From the IMG/VR virus record IMGVR_UViG_3300047666_000603, positions 1 through 64,000 of that record: a stretch of DNA of 64,000 nucleotides; one strand, given 5' to 3'. This document shows positions 28,278 through 36,763 of this stretch, piece by piece. This DNA is from a virus. The position numbers and the translations under genes were made by a program. How positions within the stretch are numbered: the stretch's first letter is position 1; every line of letters starts with the position of its first letter. The notes under the pieces are model-generated. The model was given only the letters and a program-made list of their open reading frames with translations. It was not told where the DNA came from and ran no database searches.

Positions 28278-30433
28278 TGCCATATACAAAAGCACAAATA
28301 GAATGCAGAGAAGCGCATAAGAAATTTGAGCGTAGATATGAAGTGAAGAAACACGTTCCTGATGCTATATGGGATTTCCCATACATACGTCCTGAGCCAC
28401 CTTCCGCTCCCGCCAAAATACACAACTACGGAAAGGCAAAAGGTGAGCGGAAGTTTCCTTATTACACAGATGAGTTTGTAGATAAAATGGAAGCCCTTGC
28501 GAGAGAGGACGTTCTTTCAGAAGAGTATATAAGCTTTGTGGAAGGGGAATGGAGTAGACGTGTAAAGGGATTCTTTTTTTACAACGGGAACTCTCTTGAA
28601 TACGTAACAGGACACCACTACTGCACACTGCAATACTGGAAAATACCTGTAACCAAGAAAGTGAGAGGTGTGAGCCGTAAAGGAAGGTACAAGCCTGACT
28701 TTATAGATATGCAGCGGGATATTTGGTACGCTATAGACTATGCCCGAAAGTGCGATGTGTCTACAGGTGTGTGCTTAGTCGGCTTCCGTCGATCAGGAAA
28801 AACAGCTACAGCATTAGCGGAAGGCTATTGGGACTCCACAGAGAACCCTGAAAGCGTATTCGCCATACAAAGTAAACCGGGTAACGATTCCAAGAAGCAA
28901 TTTAAGAAGCTAGTGGATAGTTGGAAGCTAGTTCCCATTTGGTTCAAGCCGAAAGATACAGAGGAAACAACCCAAACCACACGCCTAGTATTTGGAGAAA
29001 AGAAACAGAAAGGACGTAGCATTGAAGACCGTGTATACCAAGAAGTACTTAACTCCGTAATATACGCAGAGAACTCAAAGGAAGAAGCACTCGATGGTGA
29101 GTATGTCAGCTTTGTGTTTCAGGATGAGCTTGGGAAAAGCCCACGAACACTGAACGTAGAAGAAAGGTGGAATATTACAAAGGAAGCCTTATTTGATGGT
29201 AGTGATGTAATTGGGAAAGCCTTCTTAACATCAACCGTAGAAGATCAGAATAAATATGGTAGCGCACACTTCAAGAGAATATTTGACGACTCCGACCCAA
29301 ACAAGCTACTACCAAACGGCCTAACAAACTCAACACTATTCAGACTATTCCTTCCTGCTTATTACGGGTTTCGCGGGGAAGAGAAAAACAAGAAAATAAG
29401 CTTCGTAGACGAATGGGGATACACAAACGTAAAAGAATCTAAGGAATACCACCAAAAGATGTACGACTCTAAGAAAGGAGACTCACTGCTTTCTTACAGA
29501 CGTAAATACCCCATGTCTATAAATGACTGTTGGATTACGAGCGATGCTAAGAACAACTTTAGCAGCCAACGCTTAATGGAGCAGAAGATATGGAATGACG
29601 GAGTGAACTCTACAGAATGGGTGAGAGGTAATTTCATGTGGAAGCAAGGAAGGAAATGGACGGAAGTTGATTTTTATCCCGATGAACAACAAGGAAGGTG
29701 GTTAGTAGCTTGGCAACCCGACGAACACGACCGCAACCAATGGGATTTATACAACGGAACACAGAAACGACCTAAGCGTTCTTTCTGCTTTACGGGAATT
29801 GACCCATTTAGTCACGGGAAAGTGGTGGATGATGAGCAAGGCTCTAACGGCGCAGCAGTGACAATACTAAAAAGCTACGGAGGAACAGACCTTAAAGAAT
29901 CTGTCGTATGCGTTTACAATTACAGACAAGCAGACCCTAACGCGCAGATAGAGGACATGATAATGCAATGCGTGTATTATTCTTCTCCCGCGCTAATTGA
30001 AAGCAACGTAGGATTTGCAATAAACGGATTCCAAGACAAAGGCTACTATGGATTCTGTGAGATGAACCCATTAGAGACCCGTCAGGAGATTATCAGGAAA
30101 GGAAAGAAGGGATATGCCACAACGTCAAAAGAAAGCGTAGAAAACCTTATAAGCAACGTAGCAAGCTATATATTGGATAGGGTGGGGAAGCGAGAAGATG
30201 GTGAGTGCGGATATTTCCCACCGCAGCTCGTAGACCAATGCCTAAACTTCAACCCTGAAAAACGCGGCCCCTATGACCTTGTAATGGCATTAGGGATAGC
30301 TGTAATACTTCTCCGCAACGAAAAACAAAGCACCAACATAGGTTGGGATTTTAGCGATTGGGTTCCTAGAGCAAGTGTTTCCACCTACGAAAGAGTGAAA
30401 ACAGGGCTAAAAAAGAGTCAAATCATCGGCTAG
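28277..30433 (+). CDS. terL: terminase large subunit
   Basis: RRSGKT Walker A, FQDELGK Walker B, TSTV, GIDP nuclease, IESN, YDLVMA. Confidence 0.9.
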   Translation: MPYTKAQIECREAHKKFERRYEVKKHVPDAIWDFPYIRPEPPSAPAKIHNYGKAKGERKFPYYTDEFVDKMEALAREDVLSEEYISFVEGEWSRRVKGFFFYNGNSLEYVTGHHYCTLQYWKIPVTKKVRGVSRKGRYKPDFIDMQRDIWYAIDYARKCDVSTGVCLVGFRRSGKTATALAEGYWDSTENPESVFAIQSKPGNDSKKQFKKLVDSWKLVPIWFKPKDTEETTQTTRLVFGEKKQKGRSIEDRVYQEVLNSVIYAENSKEEALDGEYVSFVFQDELGKSPRTLNVEERWNITKEALFDGSDVIGKAFLTSTVEDQNKYGSAHFKRIFDDSDPNKLLPNGLTNSTLFRLFLPAYYGFRGEEKNKKISFVDEWGYTNVKESKEYHQKMYDSKKGDSLLSYRRKYPMSINDCWITSDAKNNFSSQRLMEQKIWNDGVNSTEWVRGNFMWKQGRKWTEVDFYPDEQQGRWLVAWQPDEHDRNQWDLYNGTQKRPKRSFCFTGIDPFSHGKVVDDEQGSNGAAVTILKSYGGTDLKESVVCVYNYRQADPNAQIEDMIMQCVYYSSPALIESNVGFAINGFQDKGYYGFCEMNPLETRQEIIRKGKKGYATTSKESVENLISNVASYILDRVGKREDGECGYFPPQLVDQCLNFNPEKRGPYDLVMALGIAVILLRNEKQSTNIGWDFSDWVPRASVSTYERVKTGLKKSQIIG

Positions 30434-30677
30434 GCATTAGCGAATAAGCATCCGCAATTGAATAGCCAAGCCCATTAAACAGCTTGGACATCGTAATGAA
30501 CGTGGTGGTTATCTTCTTGTTCTCAATATTACAGATGTGATAGGCTGTCACACCCGACAACACCTCTAACTCTCTCATACTAATCCCCTCAGCGTTTCTA
30601 AGCGTTCTCAAAAGAGTGGCTAAATCAGCCGCATCCACCTTAAACTCTACTGTTTCTTTGTAGTCTTTCTTACTCAT
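30423..30677 (-). CDS. XRE-family HTH regulator
   Basis: LRTLRNAEGISMRELEVLSGVTAYHICNIEN. Confidence 0.8.
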   Translation of the reverse strand: MSKKDYKETVEFKVDAADLATLLRTLRNAEGISMRELEVLSGVTAYHICNIENKKITTTFITMSKLFNGLGYSIADAYSLMPSR

Positions 30678-30697
30678 AGATATAATTTATCAAATTT

Positions 30698-30733
30698 CAA
30701 TAACAAATAGAGAACAAATATACACTTATTTTG
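30698..30733 (+). promoter_or_regulatory. putative late promoter CAATAAC-N21-TTATTTTG
   Basis: upstream of scaffold/MCP. Confidence 0.65.
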
Positions 30734-30754
30734 CATTAAACCAAATTATTGTAT

Positions 30755-31894
30755 ATGAGCGAAGTGCAAGAACAAGTAAGTAATCCATTTGCAGGGATGG
30801 TTCACGGCACAAGAACAGCCCCATCAGCACCATTAGCGGAAGCACCGTCAACAGTAGTGGATGATGAAGAAGTGGTAGAGGACACACCCGACGTGGTGGT
30901 GGACATATCCGAAGAGGCTACAGAAGAAGTGAAGGCGGAAGAGCCTAAAGAAGAAGTGGTGGCGGATGACGTAGTGACGTTAGACTTCGGGCAAAAAGTA
31001 GAACCACAAGAAGTAACAACAGAAACAATAGACGCATACAAAGAGCGACTAAGCACACTAGAGGCGGAATTAGCTAAGGCAAAAGAAACACCCAAGCTAG
31101 ACCCCCGCATAGAGAAATTAAACGACATCATCCGCAACGGAGGCGACATAAACCAATCCGTATGGGAGATGCAATCAAAAGACTACTCTGACATTTCATT
31201 GCAAGAAGTGGAGAACACTTTAAGCATAGTGAAAGACAAGTTGAAGTATTTAGATGGGGATGACGCTGACATGGTGAACATCTACCTAGACGACAAATAC
31301 CCAACACTAAGAGGTAAGAAAGACGCTGACGACTTTGACACAGATGAAGAGTTTGGCGCACAAAAGAAACGAGAAGAAACATTACTGCGGAAAGAGGCAA
31401 AAGAATTTGTTCCAAAGCTGAAAGACTTTCAGGAAGGGATGAGATTGCCAAACGCACCGCAACATAAACAACAAGAGGAATACGAACAAGCAGTGAGGGC
31501 TTATCGGACAGAAGCTATAACGAAAGTTAGTGAAATTAACTCGTTTGACATACAGCTTACAGATGACCTTACAGTGAGGATTCCAATTACAGGGGATGCC
31601 GCTAAATATGCTGACTCCATTGCCACTGAGCCTGAGAATCAAGCACAGTATTTTAATAGGTATAGGAATGAGGATGGAAGCGTGAATTTCCAAAAGCTTA
31701 AAGTAGAGACCTACCGCAGCCAAAACCAAGAGCAGATTGATAAAGCCTTGTTCGATCAGGGCCGAAGTTACGGGAAGAAGGAAGCAATACAGGAACTACA
31801 AGGTGACAACGGAGGCATGACAAGGAAAGCAGCCCCCACCACCAAAAAAACTAACAACCCGTTTTCGGGTATGAAACATTCAAAAAGAAACTAA
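30755..31894 (+). CDS. capsid scaffolding-like protein
   Basis: highly acidic, coiled, directly before MCP; NPFAGM/NPFSGM at both ends. Confidence 0.6.
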   Translation: MSEVQEQVSNPFAGMVHGTRTAPSAPLAEAPSTVVDDEEVVEDTPDVVVDISEEATEEVKAEEPKEEVVADDVVTLDFGQKVEPQEVTTETIDAYKERLSTLEAELAKAKETPKLDPRIEKLNDIIRNGGDINQSVWEMQSKDYSDISLQEVENTLSIVKDKLKYLDGDDADMVNIYLDDKYPTLRGKKDADDFDTDEEFGAQKKREETLLRKEAKEFVPKLKDFQEGMRLPNAPQHKQQEEYEQAVRAYRTEAITKVSEINSFDIQLTDDLTVRIPITGDAAKYADSIATEPENQAQYFNRYRNEDGSVNFQKLKVETYRSQNQEQIDKALFDQGRSYGKKEAIQELQGDNGGMTRKAAPTTKKTNNPFSGMKHSKRN

Positions 31895-31897
31895 CAG

Positions 31898-33349
31898 ATG
31901 GGATATACACCAGTAGGTATAGGGGGAAACTCCCCACAAGGGGTTGGTCTAGCAAGGACTGACTTTAACTTTTTAGGAGCGCAGACTCTAAACGGATTTT
32001 CCGTACTGCATCCTGACGTAGACCCAACGTTGACAAAACGTTATGGGCATCAAGACGACATGATCTCAATGTTTGACAAATTGGGTCTTGCACGTCGAGT
32101 AACGAATAGTACAATCTTCCGTCACTACGAAGAAGAGCGACTACGACCACCTGTGGTTATGGACGCTAGTAGCGTTGGAGGCGCTGGAGCAACAGTGCAG
32201 ATTCCAATTTTAGCGGCTGACCAGTTTAGTATTCCGCAATCAGCTCCGTACATCGGATCAGGAACAACTAATGCTGTAGCACCTCGACTTGGTGATGTAG
32301 GGTTTTTCTCTAACAACGTAGAGGCTGTAGTAACTGCTGTAGCTGCTGATGGCACTACGTTTGATGCAACACCAACACAAACAGGCGAAGTAATTCCAGA
32401 AATCACATCTGGCGATGAGTTTGTCATCACTTCCGCTGTATCTAATGAAGCGGGTACATTCGCAGATAGAGGTTCATTCTCAAGTCGTGTAATCTACTAC
32501 CAAAACAACACACAAATCTTCACTGAGCGTCACGAAATTTCTGGCTCTGCATTAGGTGAAGAAACGTGGATTGACTTTGATGGTAAGTACGGACAAGGAA
32601 AGTACTGGTACTACTACGATATGGACAGAACGTTGAGACGACACAAAAGCTCGTTTGCTAACGGTTGCATCTTCGGAAAGGACATCACTAACGTTACGTT
32701 GGCGGGAATCGCTGGATTTGAGCAAGCTAAGAAAACAAAAGGTTTGATCCCAACAATTCAAGCTTCGGGTATTAATGAAGCCTTTACAACAGGAGCCTTG
32801 ACGCTAGCTGATGTTGAGAATGTTCTTGATGACTTGTCAGAGCAAAGTGCTGCTAACGAGTATATGCTTCTTTGTTCTCAAGGGTTCCGTAAGGACATTA
32901 ACAAACTCGCAAGAGAAGGTGATGGGCTTACTTTCAATCAGGATTCTAGGTCTTCTATAATCTTCGCAGACTTCAATGGCGGTGTTCAAGCTGTAGACTT
33001 TGATATAGATACTGTGAAACACCTAGGATACACATTGAACATTAAAACTCAACGTGCATTCAGTGATCCAACCCAACAAGGAGCAATCACAGCATACAAT
33101 AGTTTTGCTGTCGGAATGCCAATGGGAGAGGTGAACATCTACGAAGAACTAGGTGGAAGCTATGTAAAAACACCTGCAATGCAAGTGGTATACAAAGGAT
33201 CAGGCCCAGAAGGAGGAGATCGTTCAATGGACGAATACGTACAAACTCCAAGAGAGACAGGTAAAGACAACTTAGTACACGTAATGGTGACAGAGGGTGG
33301 TGTTGAAACAAACGCCATTAACCACTGCTTCACAATGCAAGGTTCCTAA
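31898..33349 (+). CDS. major capsid protein
   Basis: 483 aa; RYGHQD, NNTQIFTERHEISGS, TKGLIPTI; followed by strong terminator. Confidence 0.8.
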   Translation: MGYTPVGIGGNSPQGVGLARTDFNFLGAQTLNGFSVLHPDVDPTLTKRYGHQDDMISMFDKLGLARRVTNSTIFRHYEEERLRPPVVMDASSVGGAGATVQIPILAADQFSIPQSAPYIGSGTTNAVAPRLGDVGFFSNNVEAVVTAVAADGTTFDATPTQTGEVIPEITSGDEFVITSAVSNEAGTFADRGSFSSRVIYYQNNTQIFTERHEISGSALGEETWIDFDGKYGQGKYWYYYDMDRTLRRHKSSFANGCIFGKDITNVTLAGIAGFEQAKKTKGLIPTIQASGINEAFTTGALTLADVENVLDDLSEQSAANEYMLLCSQGFRKDINKLAREGDGLTFNQDSRSSIIFADFNGGVQAVDFDIDTVKHLGYTLNIKTQRAFSDPTQQGAITAYNSFAVGMPMGEVNIYEELGGSYVKTPAMQVVYKGSGPEGGDRSMDEYVQTPRETGKDNLVHVMVTEGGVETNAINHCFTMQGS

Positions 33350-33366
33350 GTAGTAATAAATGCAAT

Positions 33367-33397
33367 GGCGCGGGGAAAGACCTCGCGCCTTTTTTTT
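33367..33397 (+). terminator. intrinsic terminator
   Basis: GGCGCGGGG-aaaga-CCTCGCGCC + T8. Confidence 0.85.
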
Positions 33398-33414
33398 ACA
33401 TATACAATCAACAA

Positions 33415-34473
33415 ATGGCAAACTTAGTCTATAGATTAGGACAATCAGGCAGACAGAAGAGAAGCAACCCATCAGATTTAGGTTATTACGCAACAGGTTC
33501 AAGAGACGGAGGAAATCAAGACCTCGCACCACCTATGCCCTATTCGAGAAGGTTTAAAGCAATTCACACTGTAAGAGTAGAGAAAGACGGGAAAATAATT
33601 CCCCGCAAAGTGGCCTACAGCCCCGACGAAGAAAGTATTTTTATGGATGATTGGGTGGATAAAAACTCAAAAGTTGTAAAGATTAAGTTCAAGAAGGGGA
33701 TGCTCATGGTGGATGAGGATAATGAACCACAACTTATTGAACTGTTAAGTTTATTGGACGGGAATGAATCAAAACCAAATAGGGACACTAAAACCCCTGT
33801 TTTATTCCATCAGATTAACAAATCAAAGAAAGCAGAGGAAGTTTTGTTAAACGAAGAGCGTGTAGCAAAAGAACTAGCCGTATATTGGGACTTACCATAC
33901 ACAAGAAAGCAAGCAATTGCAAATTGGGTGGGGATAAGAACAGCAAACCAAGACCCGAATATGTGGCAGCACAGCCTATTCCTATGGGCGAAACACAACG
34001 TCAAGAAGTTTAAAGAAGTTTATCACAACCCCGACCTAGAGTACATGGATTTCATTTCACGAGCAGAGAACATCGGCTTATTGAAGTTTAACACAAATAC
34101 ATGGAAATACGGAGAAGTGAAGATGCTAGTAGTGAGTAGGAATGATATGCGCTACGAGAAGCTAGTGGAAAGGCTCTTAAACGAACCCTCGCTGTACAAG
34201 TCTATTGCTGACGACGTACTTCGGGCAGAAGGTAAAAGCAACCTCATAGTAGCAGGGAAGGAGAAATTTGACTTTGATGCAATGACAGCCGAAGACCTTT
34301 TGGACAAAGCTAAGAAGCATGACTTAGTGAAATACAAAGGAGGAACAGGATTCTACATTGTGGACACAGGTAAAGCTGTGGGTAAATCAACCAAGGAGGA
34401 CGCTATTAAGTCAATAGAGACAGACCCTTATTTGAGACAACAAATAGAGGAACAGTTCAAAAAGCTCATCTAA
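33415..34473 (+). CDS. conserved-type phage protein following MCP
   Basis: 352-aa ORF; SIFMDDW..IKFKKGMLMV. Confidence 0.55.
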   Translation: MANLVYRLGQSGRQKRSNPSDLGYYATGSRDGGNQDLAPPMPYSRRFKAIHTVRVEKDGKIIPRKVAYSPDEESIFMDDWVDKNSKVVKIKFKKGMLMVDEDNEPQLIELLSLLDGNESKPNRDTKTPVLFHQINKSKKAEEVLLNEERVAKELAVYWDLPYTRKQAIANWVGIRTANQDPNMWQHSLFLWAKHNVKKFKEVYHNPDLEYMDFISRAENIGLLKFNTNTWKYGEVKMLVVSRNDMRYEKLVERLLNEPSLYKSIADDVLRAEGKSNLIVAGKEKFDFDAMTAEDLLDKAKKHDLVKYKGGTGFYIVDTGKAVGKSTKEDAIKSIETDPYLRQQIEEQFKKLI

Positions 34474-34500
34474 TAAAAAGGAGGTGATGTTCTAAAATAA

Positions 34501-34532
34501 AAAGCCCTGCATTTGTTTGCGGGGCTTTTTTT
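34501..34532 (+). terminator. intrinsic terminator (possibly bidirectional)
   Basis: AAAGCCCTGC-atttgttt-GCGGGGCTTT + T run. Confidence 0.8.
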
Positions 34533-34602
34533 GTTTATATTTGCTCATAACGTTAAATGTAAAAAGCATTTTAATGATTTTTAAATAATGTTGTAAGTAG
34601 TT

Positions 34603-34714
34603 GCTGCGGTATGCAAGAGTAAATGACTTCTAATTGTCGCCCTGCAAAGGTTGGTCAAAGCAGCGTCCGCAAAACGTGCCGCAAGGTTCGAGGGTTCGAA
34701 TCCCTCTCGTAGCA
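34603..34714 (+). ncRNA. atypical tRNA-like RNA (GCA loop, 34-nt D-loop insert), cassette C1 cargo
   Basis: acceptor GCTGCGG/TCGTAGC, T-arm GAGGG-TTCGAAT-CCCTC, D-arm TGCAAG..TGGTCAAAGCA, arm GCGT-CCGCAAA-ACGT, variable arm GCC-GCAA-GGT. Confidence 0.7.
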
Positions 34715-34973
34715 GCTATTACTTACAACGTTTAGTATAAAAATAGTAAGGGGTGGAGGTTGAAATCTCCCGACTCATAGGTAGCTATAATCTTGTCCAT
34801 ATCCTATGCCAAGCCCGTAGGTTATAGACCCCTTATTTTATTTACACATTGTTGTATGTCTTTTTTAATTGCATACAACTACAAAGCTATGTGGCGTGGC
34901 TACAACAACGCTGAAATAAACAAACAAGTCGCCCAGCCATGCCATATAGGTAATGTTGTGGTGCGTTTTTATT

Positions 34974-35195
34974 ATGAACTTGAAATATGCAATACAAGTA
35001 AAAAAAACAGGGAAGTGGTTAAACTTAGATTTTCATGACGGGTCTGAAATAATAACTGTAAATGACTTTACGAAGGCTTATCATTTCGATGACTCAGAAG
35101 CGGCTGAAAAATTCCTTTCTTATCATAGGCTTGATAAAGGGAATCACGAGATGTTTAAGCTCGAAGTATTTGCTAGGCCGATTGAATGGTCTTAA
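34974..35195 (+). CDS. cassette C3 ORF
   Basis: 73-aa ORF between GTT 34955 and mutated core TAC 35201. Confidence 0.6.
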   Translation: MNLKYAIQVKKTGKWLNLDFHDGSEIITVNDFTKAYHFDDSEAAEKFLSYHRLDKGNHEMFKLEVFARPIEWS

Positions 35196-35303
35196 TGCCC
35201 TACGGCTATGATAAGAACTGGCCGAACAAAAACACTAGATTCAAGCCGTAACGCTGCCGCGGCTTGTTTTTATCAATTGTTGGCAGCAGTTAAATTTTTT
35301 AAG

Positions 35304-35669
35304 ATGATTCGAATTATTAAAGACAAAACAGAACTGAGAAAAGGAAACTTAATTTTTGTTGATAGCATAGTATTCCCACCAAATTTTATTACCGCTAAAC
35401 CGCAAATTCTAGGTGATGGATGGGAAGAGGATATAAATAAAGAGTGGGAAAATTGCGCCTTTCTAAATGCTAAAGAGCAATACATGAAAGATTTATTCGG
35501 CAATGAAATGGAGAAAAACGAGGTGAAAGTTGAGCAATTGGAAAAAGAAGATTTCGACACATTTCCAAAGTGGAAGATGAGTTACAAAAAGGAAACTAAA
35601 GAGGCTTCTTTTATACACCAAGTTCAAAACAATTATGAGGATTGGACTGGTGAAAAGCTCATCCCTTAA
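35304..35669 (+). CDS. cassette C4 ORF (ELR.GN...HQ.QN..TGE family)
   Basis: ELRKGNLI...FIHQVQNNYEDWTGEKL; resembles 61200-61607. Confidence 0.65.
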   Translation: MIRIIKDKTELRKGNLIFVDSIVFPPNFITAKPQILGDGWEEDINKEWENCAFLNAKEQYMKDLFGNEMEKNEVKVEQLEKEDFDTFPKWKMSYKKETKEASFIHQVQNNYEDWTGEKLIP

Positions 35670-35741
35670 TTGCATCCCAACACCAAGAGAAGTGCCGTTT
35701 TTTCAATGGCATTTCTCGACTGTTGTGAGCATATTCTTTAC

Positions 35742-35777
35742 CAATAACAAACACCCTTTGTCTTCTTTGTAATTTAG
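35742..35777 (+). promoter_or_regulatory. putative late promoter CAATAAC-N21-TAATTTAG
   Basis: upstream of tail genes. Confidence 0.7.
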
Positions 35778-35795
35778 CGGGAAAATTAGCCCGTT

Positions 35796-36548
35796 ATGCC
35801 CACCACTGTAGGAGACGTAGTAAGTCAATATTTAATAGAGCAGGATAATAACTCCCAACATGGGCGACCTCGGCTTATAAACATAGCAATAAGCGGCCTA
35901 AAAGAGCTTCATTTTGACGTTACAGGCGCACCCGTATTCACGCAACTAACATTAGACAGCAATAAGACTGCGGCTGTTCCTACGGGCTTAATAAACGTCA
36001 TAGGGATGTTTATGAACTCAGTTAACTACGGGCTATTGGAAATTGTAGAATCAAAACAACTCCCGCCAAACCTTATAAACAGCCAAGGAAGCACCGTTAT
36101 AGCAGACAAATCCACATTCGGAAACGACCCTTCTTTTGGTTTTGGAGGAGGAATGGGAGGAAGCAACGTAGGCTCGGATTTTCAGGGCGGAGAATTTCGC
36201 GGGGGAGTGTATAGTGGCGTAGGCTCCAACCCATACAAATACAATTGGAACAGAAGCACAAACAGATTTGAGTTCTCAAGCAACGTCACCAACCCTATAT
36301 TAGAATACCTCGGCCAATTAGGAACAACAGACGGGAAGCACTGTGTACCTGAGTTCGCTGTGGACGCACTAATACAATGGATTCGATACGTAGACACCCG
36401 CAACAAAGGAATAAGCCCTAGTGAGAAGCGATATAACCAACAATCATGGGTGAACGCAAAGAACTTAGTGCTACGGAGGATGGCAAATATTACACCAGCG
36501 GGTTTACGTGAAGGCTTTAGAAAAAATTATTCACTAACAGTTAAGTAA
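35796..36548 (+). CDS. tail ring/tubular protein
   Basis: AISGLKELHFDV...ILEY...VPEFAVDALIQWI; precedes muzzle-like gene. Confidence 0.6.
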   Translation: MPTTVGDVVSQYLIEQDNNSQHGRPRLINIAISGLKELHFDVTGAPVFTQLTLDSNKTAAVPTGLINVIGMFMNSVNYGLLEIVESKQLPPNLINSQGSTVIADKSTFGNDPSFGFGGGMGGSNVGSDFQGGEFRGGVYSGVGSNPYKYNWNRSTNRFEFSSNVTNPILEYLGQLGTTDGKHCVPEFAVDALIQWIRYVDTRNKGISPSEKRYNQQSWVNAKNLVLRRMANITPAGLREGFRKNYSLTVK

Positions 36549-36549
36549 A

Positions 36550-36759
36550 ATGGCAGATGTTAACGCAAACGCAATTCCGCTCACAGCAAGCACAACCAAA
36601 ATAATGTTTATTGATTATGATGCCCCAACAGGTAATGGGGTGACAACCGTAACAATAGATGCTGTAGCGTACACCGTTCTAGACGATGGTAATGAAAACA
36701 ACAGTTGGGTGGTGATAGATGGATTTGTAGCGGGAGGAAGAATAGTGGCAACCATATAA
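36550..36759 (+). CDS. small virion protein
   Basis: 69-aa beta-rich ORF within tail operon. Confidence 0.45.
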   Translation: MADVNANAIPLTASTTKIMFIDYDAPTGNGVTTVTIDAVAYTVLDDGNENNSWVVIDGFVAGGRIVATI

Positions 36760-36763
36760 GAAT

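Larger units (their letters stand above)
34542..35731 (+). mobile_element. integron-like cassette array C (4 cassettes)
   Basis: sites 34549-34592, 34727-34853, 34877-34957, 35201-35281, anchor 35679-35724; outer flanks TGCTCATAAC/GTTGTGAGCA complementary. Confidence 0.85.

Noticed and set aside
34618-34651. Amber suppressor tRNA / TAG recoding (TT-CTA-AT loop)
   Set aside because: The loop is 8 nt within a D-loop insert, long ORFs are intact in the standard code, and TAG ends real genes (25191, 41002).
34770-34830. HDV-like theta or twister ribozyme
   Set aside because: There is no room for P3/L3 and no P1 start at the tRNA 3' end; CCAAGCCC matches only a fragment of twister. Kept only as an unassigned pseudoknot.
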